From Candidatus Saccharimonadota bacterium (GTDB lineage Bacteria > Bacteroidota > Bacteroidia > Flavobacteriales > Blattabacteriaceae), in the NCBI RefSeq assembly GCF_014252415.1, contig NZ_CP059223.1, forward strand, positions 390,001 through 422,000: a stretch of DNA of 32,000 nucleotides. The letters are read 5' to 3'. A program made the translations under genes and the position numbers. How positions within the stretch are numbered: position 1 is the stretch's first letter; the number at the start of each line of letters is the position of its first letter. This document shows positions 19,727-28,061 of the stretch, piece after piece. The notes below the pieces were generated by a model that did no database searches, was not told the origin of the DNA, and was given only the letters and a program-made list of their open reading frames with translations.

Positions 19727-20053
19727 TTGTTTAAAAATATGTTTATAATACTATTTTTTTTCCAAAAAAACTCTATTGCAAATACTATTTGCATGTTTAT
19801 ATTAATTTTTATAATATTTTATTTCTTTATGATAAGACCTCAAATACAAAAACAAAAAAATGAAAAAAATTTCCAGGAAAAATTAGAAAAAGGAAGTTAT
19901 ATAGTAACAAATACAGGAATTCATGGAAAAATTTTAGAAATAAAAAATGATTTTATTGTTTTAGAAATTGTTACAGGAAAAATCAAGATTGAAAAAAATA
20001 TAATATCAAAAGAATTGACACAATTACATTATAATAAAAATAAAATAAATTGA
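19727..20053 (+). CDS. yajC: Preprotein translocase subunit YajC
   Basis: 108 aa by the track (TTG at 19727); ATG at 19739 is an alternative start. A single TM is followed by MIRPQIQKQK, then GSYIVTNTGIHGKILEI. Confidence 0.88.
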   Translation: MFKNMFIILFFFQKNSIANTICMFILIFIIFYFFMIRPQIQKQKNEKNFQEKLEKGSYIVTNTGIHGKILEIKNDFIVLEIVTGKIKIEKNIISKELTQLHYNKNKIN

Positions 20054-20664
20054 AATCAATTCTAGTAGGAATAACAGGTAATATAGGAACAGGAAAAACT
20101 TTATTATCTGATTATTTTAAAAAAGAAAATGGAATACCTATTTATTCATCAGATCAAAAATGTAAAATTCTAATGAATAAATCAAGTATTATAAGAAAAA
20201 ATATTATAAAATATTTTGGTTCAAAATCTTACAATGGGAAAAAAATAAATAAAAATTTTTTATCAAAAATAATATTTAATGATTTAAACGCATTAAACAT
20301 ATTGTGTTCCATCGTACATCCATGGGTAGAATTAGATTTTGAAAAATGGAGAAAAAATTATAATTGTCCATACATAATTAAAGAATCAGCTATATTATTT
20401 GAATATGGAAATTATAAAGAATTCGATTTTATTATTATTTTAACTTCTTTTTTAGAAAAAATATTAGAAAGAATTATAAAAAGAGATAAACTAAATAAAA
20501 TAGAGATTTTAAATCGTTTAAATAATCAAACAAAAATTAACGATATAAAAAAAATTAAAAATATTGGTAATAGAATTTTTATTATTGAAAATAATTCTTC
20601 TATATATCAATTAAAAAAATTTTCAATAATTTTACATAAAAAAATTATAAAAACAATAATTTAA
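20050..20664 (+). CDS. coaE: Dephospho-CoA kinase
   Basis: 204 aa. The TTG start overlaps the yajC stop. The P-loop GITGNIGTGKT lies at the N-terminus. Confidence 0.9.
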   Translation: MKSILVGITGNIGTGKTLLSDYFKKENGIPIYSSDQKCKILMNKSSIIRKNIIKYFGSKSYNGKKINKNFLSKIIFNDLNALNILCSIVHPWVELDFEKWRKNYNCPYIIKESAILFEYGNYKEFDFIIILTSFLEKILERIIKRDKLNKIEILNRLNNQTKINDIKKIKNIGNRIFIIENNSSIYQLKKFSIILHKKIIKTII

Positions 20665-20665
20665 T

Positions 20666-20800
20666 ATGGGAAAAGGAGATAAAAAAACTAGAAGAGGAAA
20701 AATAAAAAATAAAACATACGGAAATATCCGTCCTAATCCAAAAAAATTAAAGAATAAAAAAAAACAACAACAAAATAAAAAAAATAATATAAATCAATAA
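20666..20800 (+). CDS. 30S ribosomal protein THX (bTHX)
   Basis: A 44-codon ORF missing from the track: MGKGDKKTRRGKIKNKTYGNIRPNPKKLKNKKKQQQNKKNNINQ. The MGKGDKKxRRGKI...YG..RP N-terminus is the THX signature seen in Bacteroidota. It starts 2 nt after the coaE stop. Confidence 0.8.
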   Translation: MGKGDKKTRRGKIKNKTYGNIRPNPKKLKNKKKQQQNKKNNINQ

Positions 20801-20803
20801 TGA

Positions 20804-21508
20804 TCAATCCTCATTATTATCTTTATTACTATTTAAAATAGACATAAAATATGTTAATTGAGTTAAATTTCCCAATGCTGATACAACATAAGTCATGATA
20901 GCTAAATTTAATAATTTTTTAACGTAAATAGTTTCATCATCTTTTATTAAATTTTTATTCCTTAACCAATTTAAAGCTATATCACTAGCATTAAATTCTA
21001 TTGGTAAAGTTATTAATGAAAATAAAACAATTAATAAAAATAATCCTATTCCTATTTTTAAAATAAAAGATTCTCTTCCTTCAGAATTATAAAAAATAAT
21101 TAATCCAATTATTATAGAAATATTACTAATCCTAGAACTAAAATTAAGTATAGTTGCTAAATTATTACGAAATTTTAATAAATTATTTTTTATTTTATGT
21201 TGTAATGCATGACCACATTCATGTGCTGCAATTGCTGCAGAAACTACATTTTTACCATAGAATACTATTTCACTCAAATTTATAGTTTTATCAGAAGGAT
21301 TATAATAATCAACTAATTCTCCTTGTATTGGATAAATTTTAACATCGTCAATATCATTATCTATTAACATTTTTTCTGCTATTTCTCTACCACTCATTTT
21401 AGATTTCAAATGAAATTTAGAATAAAATCTTATTTTATTTTTAAGAAAAATATTTATTAAATAATTAATTAAATAAATAATTGATGTAACAAAATAATAA
21501 AAATTCAT
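20804..21508 (-). CDS. Membrane-anchored neutral zinc metallopeptidase (YugP/Zn_peptidase_2 type)
   Basis: 234 aa. N-terminal TM segment, SGREIAEKML...NLSE, the HExxH motif (HECGHALQH) and C-terminal TM segments. Confidence 0.8.
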   Translation of the reverse strand: MNFYYFVTSIIYLINYLINIFLKNKIRFYSKFHLKSKMSGREIAEKMLIDNDIDDVKIYPIQGELVDYYNPSDKTINLSEIVFYGKNVVSAAIAAHECGHALQHKIKNNLLKFRNNLATILNFSSRISNISIIIGLIIFYNSEGRESFILKIGIGLFLLIVLFSLITLPIEFNASDIALNWLRNKNLIKDDETIYVKKLLNLAIMTYVVSALGNLTQLTYFMSILNSNKDNNED

Positions 21509-21623
21509 AACGTATAATAATATTATTTTTTTAAAAAAAAATATAACTTAATATTATGAAAAACAAAAATATTAATTTATTATTAAAAATGAAAATATAA
21601 CATAAATTAGTAATCATTTACCT

Positions 21624-21639
21624 ATCGAAAAATTTCGAT
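21624..21639 (+). promoter_or_regulatory. CG-containing palindrome ATCGAAA-AA-TTTCGAT abutting the ndh start codon
   Basis: 7-bp inverted arms at 21624-21630 and 21633-21639, ending 2 nt before the ATG at 21642. It occupies the expected ribosome-binding region. Its function is unknown. Confidence 0.3.
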
Positions 21640-21641
21640 TT

Positions 21642-22940
21642 ATGAATATTCCAACAGAAAAAAATTTAAAAAGAGTTATTATTATTGGAGCAGGATTTGC
21701 TGGACTACAAGTAGCTAAAAAATTAAGAAGAGACAAATTCCAGGTTATCCTCATAGACAAAAATAATTATCATACTTTTCAACCATTATTATATCAAGTT
21801 GCTACCGCAGGTTTGGAACCAGACTCTATTGCTCATTCAATAAGAAACATAATAAAAAATACTAAAAATTTTTTTTTTAGATTGGCTAATGTTTATTATA
21901 TAAATACTAAACAAACAAAGATCTATACAAATGTAGGTAATTTATTTTATGATTATTTAGTTATTTCTACCGGATCAATTACTAACTATTTCGATAATAA
22001 AAATATAAAATTTCATGCATTACCTATGAAATCGATACCAGAAGCATTAAATTTAAGAAGTTTAATATTACAAGATTTTGAATCAGCTTTATTAGCAAAA
22101 AAAATAAAAGATAAAAAAAGACTAATGACTTTTGTTATTGTTGGAGGTGGACCTACTGGAGTAGAATTAGCTGGAGCTTTAGCTGAAATGAAAAAATATG
22201 TTATTCCTAATGATTATCCAGATTTAGATCATCATTACATGAAAATTCATTTATTACAAGCATCTCCTAGATTATTAGATGGTATGTCAAAACAATCAGC
22301 TGAACAAGCATATAAAAATCTAAAAAATTTAGGTGTCTCTATATGGTTAAATTGTTTAGTAAAAGATTATGATGGTGAAATAATATCTATAGAAAAAAAT
22401 AAGCATATAGAAACATCTAATGTTATATGGGCAGCAGGCGTTAAAGGTGCGATAATAAAAGGATTTTTAAATGAAGATATAAAAAAAAATCGATTATTAG
22501 TTAACTCTTATCTTAGAACTATAAGATATAAAAATATATTTGCTATTGGAGACGTTTCATGTATGAAATTAAATAAAATGTATCCTAATGGACATCCTAT
22601 GACTGCCCCCCCTGCTATACAACAAGGTAATTATTTAGTAAATAATTTTAATAATTTATTATTCGATAATAATAATAAAATAAAACCATTTATATATAAA
22701 AATTTTGGATCAATGGCTACTATTGGTAGAAATAAAGCAGTCTGTGATTTTTCCTTTATTAGATTGAAAGGATTTATAGCATGGATAATATGGATGTTTG
22801 TCCATTTATTTAGTTTAGTTGGATTTAGAAATAAGGCCATAGCGTTAACAAATTGGATAATTCAATATTTTCATTATAATAAAAGTGTTAGATTAATTAT
22901 AAGACCTTTTTATAGAAAAAAATTTAGAAAATTAAAATAA
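21642..22940 (+). CDS. ndh: Type II NADH dehydrogenase (NDH-2)
   Basis: 432 aa. Two dinucleotide-binding motifs (IIGAGFAG and VGGGPTGVELAG), AIGD, and a C-terminal membrane-association region. Confidence 0.92.
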   Translation: MNIPTEKNLKRVIIIGAGFAGLQVAKKLRRDKFQVILIDKNNYHTFQPLLYQVATAGLEPDSIAHSIRNIIKNTKNFFFRLANVYYINTKQTKIYTNVGNLFYDYLVISTGSITNYFDNKNIKFHALPMKSIPEALNLRSLILQDFESALLAKKIKDKKRLMTFVIVGGGPTGVELAGALAEMKKYVIPNDYPDLDHHYMKIHLLQASPRLLDGMSKQSAEQAYKNLKNLGVSIWLNCLVKDYDGEIISIEKNKHIETSNVIWAAGVKGAIIKGFLNEDIKKNRLLVNSYLRTIRYKNIFAIGDVSCMKLNKMYPNGHPMTAPPAIQQGNYLVNNFNNLLFDNNNKIKPFIYKNFGSMATIGRNKAVCDFSFIRLKGFIAWIIWMFVHLFSLVGFRNKAIALTNWIIQYFHYNKSVRLIIRPFYRKKFRKLK

Positions 22941-22956
22941 TATAAATAAAAATATT

Positions 22957-24018
22957 TTAAACATTGTTAATAACAAAATTAGATAGTATATTTTTCATTT
23001 TTTTATCCGTTTCTAAATATTCACGATATATATTACTATTTTCAATTATTCCACTTCCAGCATATAATGTAATTTGTTTTTTTTTATAAGAAATTTTTGC
23101 ACACCTTAGATTAAGGTATAATTCAACATCGTTATCGTTTACAATCCCCATATATCCCGTATAAAAACATCTTTCATAATTTTCATTTTCAATAATAAAA
23201 TTCATAGCATTTATTATTGGAAATCCACATATAGAAGGATTAGGGTATAAATTTTTTAATATTTTTTTATAAGAAATTTGTTTTTTAAAATGAATTAATA
23301 TATTAGTTTTTAAATGAAACAAACTATCAATGGATATTGTTTTAGTTTTATCTAAAAAAAAATTAGTATCATAATCTTTTAATGAATTATTAATATAATT
23401 AATTACAATTTTATGTTCATTTATTTCTTTATTTGTCCATTTATATTTATCATTTTTCCAATGAGTACCTGCTAAAGCTACTGTTTGTAATATCTTATTT
23501 TTATACTTCATTAATAATTCAGGAGTAGATCCAATCCAAAATCCCTGATGAATATTATACCATAAGCTAATTAAATTATTAGGGTGAGAAAAAATTAAAT
23601 TTTTAAATGTTTTAATTAAATCAATTTTTCCTAATGAAATTTTTAAATTTTTTGATATAACTATTTTTTTTAAAAATTTTTTATTTATAAAATAAATAGA
23701 TTTTTTAATTAAATTTTTGTAGTGATAAGAAAAGTTTTTTTTTGTAAAATTTTTAGTGGAAAAAAATGAATAATTATCATTATTTAAATACTTATTGTAA
23801 ATATTTACATAATAAATGTTATTAGGAACTATTTTTATAGTTTTTTTTTGAGAAAAATCCTTAATTATAAAATAATTTTTATTTATTTTTTTACTATCAG
23901 AATAAAAAAATATTTTATCTTCATTAGGTCTTTTGAAAATAATAAAATTTTTATTTTTATGGTAATCATTTATAATTTTTTTGTATAATAGAAATAAGCT
24001 TATTTTTTTTTCAATCAT
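22957..24018 (-). CDS. menF: Isochorismate synthase (menaquinone pathway)
   Basis: 353 aa. Chorismate-binding-enzyme motifs GSTPELL, FYTGYMG, LNLRCA and AGSGIIENSN...E..ET. Confidence 0.85.
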   Translation of the reverse strand: MIEKKISLFLLYKKIINDYHKNKNFIIFKRPNEDKIFFYSDSKKINKNYFIIKDFSQKKTIKIVPNNIYYVNIYNKYLNNDNYSFFSTKNFTKKNFSYHYKNLIKKSIYFINKKFLKKIVISKNLKISLGKIDLIKTFKNLIFSHPNNLISLWYNIHQGFWIGSTPELLMKYKNKILQTVALAGTHWKNDKYKWTNKEINEHKIVINYINNSLKDYDTNFFLDKTKTISIDSLFHLKTNILIHFKKQISYKKILKNLYPNPSICGFPIINAMNFIIENENYERCFYTGYMGIVNDNDVELYLNLRCAKISYKKKQITLYAGSGIIENSNIYREYLETDKKMKNILSNFVINNV

Positions 24019-24040
24019 AATTAATTTATTATTAGTAATT

Positions 24041-24481
24041 TCAATTTTTATATAAAACTAAATTAGTCATTTTACAAAAACTGATAAGAATTTTTTTTTC
24101 ATTAAAAACTTTTACCTTTACAAGGTGTATTGTTTTTCCTTTATGAAGGATTTCAGCTTTTGCAAATAAAATACCATTTTTAATATGATGAACATGATTA
24201 GTAGATATTTCTATATTGAAAATATTAAATTTTTTGTAATTTTTTTCACTTTTTATGTTTATAAAAGATAAAGAACAACCTACAGTTTCTGATAAAGAAT
24301 TAGTAACCCCTCCATGGAGATAACCAAAAGGATTCAATATTTTTTTATTTATGGGAATTTTTGCTATCAATAATTTTTTATTTTCAGAAATAAAAATAAA
24401 TCGAATATTTATAATACATAAAAAATTATTCTTTTTTAACTTATTTAATTCATTTAAAAAACTATTAGTTTTTTTTTTCAT
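24041..24481 (-). CDS. PaaI-type hotdog-fold thioesterase (candidate 1,4-dihydroxy-2-naphthoyl-CoA hydrolase, by adjacency to menF)
   Basis: 146 aa with the GYLHGGVTNSLSETVG motif of the PaaI/YbdB family. The specific substrate is inferred only from the neighbouring gene. Confidence 0.7.
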   Translation of the reverse strand: MKKKTNSFLNELNKLKKNNFLCIINIRFIFISENKKLLIAKIPINKKILNPFGYLHGGVTNSLSETVGCSLSFINIKSEKNYKKFNIFNIEISTNHVHHIKNGILFAKAEILHKGKTIHLVKVKVFNEKKILISFCKMTNLVLYKN

Positions 24482-24488
24482 TTTTTTT

Positions 24489-24613
24489 AGAAAATTGATA
24501 ATGACTCTATTCCAATTATAAAAATATGAATAAGAAAAATTGATAATGACTCTATTCCAATTATAAAAATATGAATAAGAAAATTGATAATGACTCTATT
24601 CCAATTATAAAAA
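24489..24613 (+). repeat. 44/45-bp tandem repeat, ~2.8 copies, spanning the idi translation start
   Basis: Units are at 24489-24532 (44 nt), 24533-24577 (45 nt, with one extra A in an A-run) and 24578-24613 (partial). The unit is agaaaattgataatgactctattccaattataaaaatatgaata. Two copies of the idi start context (ATGAATAAG) occur, at 24526 and 24571. Confidence 0.95.
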
Positions 24614-25104
24614 ATAATAAAATTATTGGTTTTGATAAAAAAAACATAATACATAAAAAAGGTTTATTACATATTGCAGTTTCTGTATTTATTTTTGATA
24701 CAAATGATAAAATTAATTTGATGTTACAAAAAAGGTCTTCTAAAAAATATCACTCTTCTTTATTATGGACTAATACATCCTGTAGTCATCCAGTAAAAAA
24801 TGAATCTATATCACATGCTGCACATCGTTGTCTAAAAAATGAAATGGGCTTTGATTGTCATCTCCAATATAAATTTTGTTTCATTTATAATGAAATTTTA
24901 AATAACGGATTAATTGAAAACGAATTAGATCATGTATTTATAGGAAAATATAAAAAACATCCTATTTTAAATTTTAAAGAAGTAGCAAATTGGAAATGGA
25001 TATCATTAGAAAATTTAATAACAGATATTTATAATTTTCCACATTTATATACAATATGGTTAAAAATTATAATAAAAAATTATATTAATAAATTAATTAA
25101 ATGA
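24571..25104 (+). CDS. idi: Isopentenyl-diphosphate delta-isomerase, type 1 (Nudix fold)
   Basis: 177 aa. Catalytic Cys context WTNTSCSHP and Glu context ENELDHVF. Confidence 0.9.
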   Translation: MNKKIDNDSIPIIKNNKIIGFDKKNIIHKKGLLHIAVSVFIFDTNDKINLMLQKRSSKKYHSSLLWTNTSCSHPVKNESISHAAHRCLKNEMGFDCHLQYKFCFIYNEILNNGLIENELDHVFIGKYKKHPILNFKEVANWKWISLENLITDIYNFPHLYTIWLKIIIKNYINKLIK

Positions 25105-25505
25105 AAATAATTGTAAGTAAGAAAGGTTATTTTAGTGCATCTCATAAACTTTATAATCATTTTTGGGATGAAAAAAAAAATATTGAAACTTTTGGTAAAT
25201 GTTATAATAATCATGGTCATAATTATAAATATATAGTAAGTATAAAAGGAGAAATTAATCCTATTACTGGATTTGTTATTAATTTAAATAAATTGAAAAA
25301 TATTCTTAATCAAGAGATAAAAGATTGTTTTGATCACAAAAACATAAACTTAGAATTAAAAGAATTTAGAACTATTAATCCTACTTTAGAAAATATTGTC
25401 GTTTTTATATGGAAAAAAATAAGAAATAAAATATGTTCAAAATTTGAATTAAAAATTGTTTTATACGAAACAGAAAATAATTTTGTTGAATATGATGGAA
25501 ATTAA
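25101..25505 (+). CDS. queD: 6-carboxytetrahydropterin synthase QueD / 6-pyruvoyl-tetrahydropterin synthase family
   Basis: 134 aa. Zn-binding histidines (SASHKL and HGHNY), the C-x3-HGH motif (CYNNHGHNY) and DHKNIN. It overlaps the idi stop by 4 nt. Confidence 0.88.
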   Translation: MKIIVSKKGYFSASHKLYNHFWDEKKNIETFGKCYNNHGHNYKYIVSIKGEINPITGFVINLNKLKNILNQEIKDCFDHKNINLELKEFRTINPTLENIVVFIWKKIRNKICSKFELKIVLYETENNFVEYDGN

Positions 25506-26595
25506 TAATTTAAAAAAAACAATATTATACGATTTTCATATTAAATTGAATGCAAAAATTGTAAATTTTTCAGGATTTTATATGCCACTTCAATATAAAT
25601 CTTCCTTAGAAGAACATATACATGTAAGAAATTATTCTGGAATTTTTGATGTTAGTCACATGGGGAAATTTATAATAAAAGGAAAAAATGCTAATAAAGT
25701 TTTACAATATTTAACAACTAATGATATATCAAAAATAAAAATAGGTCAGGCGCAATATACATGTTTTACTAATGAAAATGGAGGAATTATAGATGATTTA
25801 ATTATTTATTATTTAAATAACAATGAATATTTATTAATAGTAAATTCAATAAATATTGAAAAAAATAAAAAATGGATAATAAGCAATAAAAAATATGAAT
25901 TAGAATTAATTGATCTATCACAAGAATATTCTTTAATAGCAGTACAAGGTCCAAAATCCTTTTTTTACATACAAAAATTAACATCAATATCATTAAATGA
26001 TCTTCCATTTTATCATTTTAAAATAGGAAATATATGTGGAATAAAAAATGTTCTTATATCTCATACAGGGTATACTGGATCTATAGGTATAGAAATATAT
26101 GTATCTAATAAATATGCAAAATATATATGGAGTAATATATTAAATATTGGAAATGGTAACATAATCCCATGTGGAATTTCCAGTAGAGATTCACTAAGAT
26201 TAGAAATGGGATACCGTTTATATGGTCAAGATATTTCAGAAAATATTACTCCAATAGAATCTGGATTATCTTGGATTATTGATTTTAAAAAAAATTTTAT
26301 ATCTAAGAATTTTTTAATTAAACAGAAAAAATGTGGGGTACATAAAAAATTTATATCATTTTATGTTGATGATATAAAAATTTTAATTCCAAGAAATGGA
26401 TATGATATTATTAATAATAATGGAAGTAAAATTGGAGTTGTTACATCGGGTTGTTATTCTCCAATTATAAAAAAATGTATAGGACTTGGATACTTATATG
26501 AATATTATCATAATACTTTTCCTATATTTGTTTTAATAAGAAATAAAAAAATACCCATAGTAGAAAAAAAATTACCTTTTATTAAAATTAAATAA
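25492..26595 (+). CDS. gcvT: Glycine cleavage system aminomethyltransferase (T protein)
   Basis: The track ORF starts at 25456 inside queD. ATG at 25492 (or 25495) gives MMEINNLKKTILYDFH..., matching GcvT N-termini (KT.LYD.H). GFYMPLQY, FDVSHMG, SRDSLRLE and a C-terminal barrel are present. Confidence 0.92.
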   Translation: MMEINNLKKTILYDFHIKLNAKIVNFSGFYMPLQYKSSLEEHIHVRNYSGIFDVSHMGKFIIKGKNANKVLQYLTTNDISKIKIGQAQYTCFTNENGGIIDDLIIYYLNNNEYLLIVNSINIEKNKKWIISNKKYELELIDLSQEYSLIAVQGPKSFFYIQKLTSISLNDLPFYHFKIGNICGIKNVLISHTGYTGSIGIEIYVSNKYAKYIWSNILNIGNGNIIPCGISSRDSLRLEMGYRLYGQDISENITPIESGLSWIIDFKKNFISKNFLIKQKKCGVHKKFISFYVDDIKILIPRNGYDIINNNGSKIGVVTSGCYSPIIKKCIGLGYLYEYYHNTFPIFVLIRNKKIPIVEKKLPFIKIK

Positions 26596-26723
26596 ATTCA
26601 ATATATCCTCAATTAATTTTATTTCATTATTTATAATTTTTTTTTATTATAAAAATATATTTAAAACATTTTAAAGAAAACTTTTTACTAATTTTTCCTG
26701 TAGTTTTTACACAGCTGGGAATT

Positions 26724-27992
26724 TTGTGTATAGGATTATTTGATAATATTATGGTAAGTAATCTTGGAAAAAAAGCAATAGCATCTGTTTCTTTAGCTAA
26801 TGCAGTTTTCTTTATATTAATAATTTTTGGCTTAGGTATATCTACATCGATATCTTCTTTAATATCATCTGTTGACGCAAAAAATAATTATAGAAAAGGA
26901 TCTATGATACTTATTCATAGTATAATTTTAAATTTCGTATTATCAATTATTATGTATGGTTTAACTTATATATTTTTTTTTATATTTCCATATTTAAATC
27001 AACCTGAAGAAATTAAAAAAGAAACTATTTCTTTTTTGAAAATTTTATCTATTTCTTTTATTCCATGGATGATTTTTGAAGTATTTAGAAAATTTTCAGA
27101 GGGATTATCATTAGTATATCCAAGTTTAATAGTTACTTGGATTTCAACCATTATGAATATAATATTAAATTATTCATTGATAAATGGATTATTAGGATTT
27201 CCTAAACTAGGAATAATAGGTGTAGCCTATGCTACATTAATATCAAGATTATCAATGTTGATTTTTATAATTCCTATACTTTTAAAGTATAAAAAAATTA
27301 GAAAATATTTTATTCATATAAAGTATTTTTACTTTCAAAAAAAATATATTAAACAAATATTAAAAATAGGAATTCCATCTGGATTACATATGTTATTTGA
27401 AGTGGGAGCTTTTGCTATTTCATCTTTCATATCAGGAAAGTGTGGATTAAAAGTACTGGCAGCTCATCAAATAGTTATTAATTTAGTATCATCTACATTT
27501 ATTATTATTACGGGATTTTCATTAATAGCAACAATTAGAATTGGAAATCAATTTGCTTTAAAAAATTATTTTAAAATAAAAGAAATAGGAACTTCTATTA
27601 TTATTATGGGATCTATATTTATGTTAATATGTAGTTTTTTATTGTTTTTTTTTAAAAATTATATTCCTTATATATATATAAAAAAAAACGATTATGAAAT
27701 GATTCTTATTATAAAAAAAATGATTATAGTTGCTAGTATTTTTCAATTATTTGATGGATTACAAGGAATAATTTCTGGAATTTTAAGAGGATTACAAGAT
27801 GTAAAAATTCCTATGTGTATTATCTTTTTTTCTTATTGGATTATTGGAATACCAATATCTTGGTATTTATCAAAAAAAATTGGAGGACATGGAATTTGGA
27901 TAGGATTAGGAATCGGATTAACTATATCATCCGTGTTACTTTTTATCAGATATAAAATTATTATTAAGAAACTTATTTTATTAGAAAAATAA
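26724..27992 (+). CDS. MATE family efflux transporter (true start probably upstream, between 26637 and 26723)
   Basis: 422 aa from TTG at 26724, polytopic, with the MATE layout (FDNIMVSNLGKKAIASVSLAN...). The frame is open back to 26637, and the upstream codons encode the conserved first TM helix (ENFLLIFPVVFTQLGI). That stretch contains no ATG, GTG or TTG. Confidence 0.85.
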   Translation: MCIGLFDNIMVSNLGKKAIASVSLANAVFFILIIFGLGISTSISSLISSVDAKNNYRKGSMILIHSIILNFVLSIIMYGLTYIFFFIFPYLNQPEEIKKETISFLKILSISFIPWMIFEVFRKFSEGLSLVYPSLIVTWISTIMNIILNYSLINGLLGFPKLGIIGVAYATLISRLSMLIFIIPILLKYKKIRKYFIHIKYFYFQKKYIKQILKIGIPSGLHMLFEVGAFAISSFISGKCGLKVLAAHQIVINLVSSTFIIITGFSLIATIRIGNQFALKNYFKIKEIGTSIIIMGSIFMLICSFLLFFFKNYIPYIYIKKNDYEMILIIKKMIIVASIFQLFDGLQGIISGILRGLQDVKIPMCIIFFSYWIIGIPISWYLSKKIGGHGIWIGLGIGLTISSVLLFIRYKIIIKKLILLEK

Positions 27993-28061
27993 ATACAATA
28001 AAAATTATAATTATAATTAATTTTAATAATTTTTTTTAAAAAAAATAAAAATATAATATTT

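Noticed and set aside
25101-25505. Whether the QueD-family protein is really a PTPS-III type enzyme substituting for FolB in folate synthesis (folC is in the window).
   Set aside because: I cannot reliably recall the discriminating active-site signature, and the sequence has the standard Cys-x3-HGH QueD motif. I leave it as a family-level call. It would need an alignment to characterised PTPS-I/III proteins and a check for folB and the que genes in the genome.
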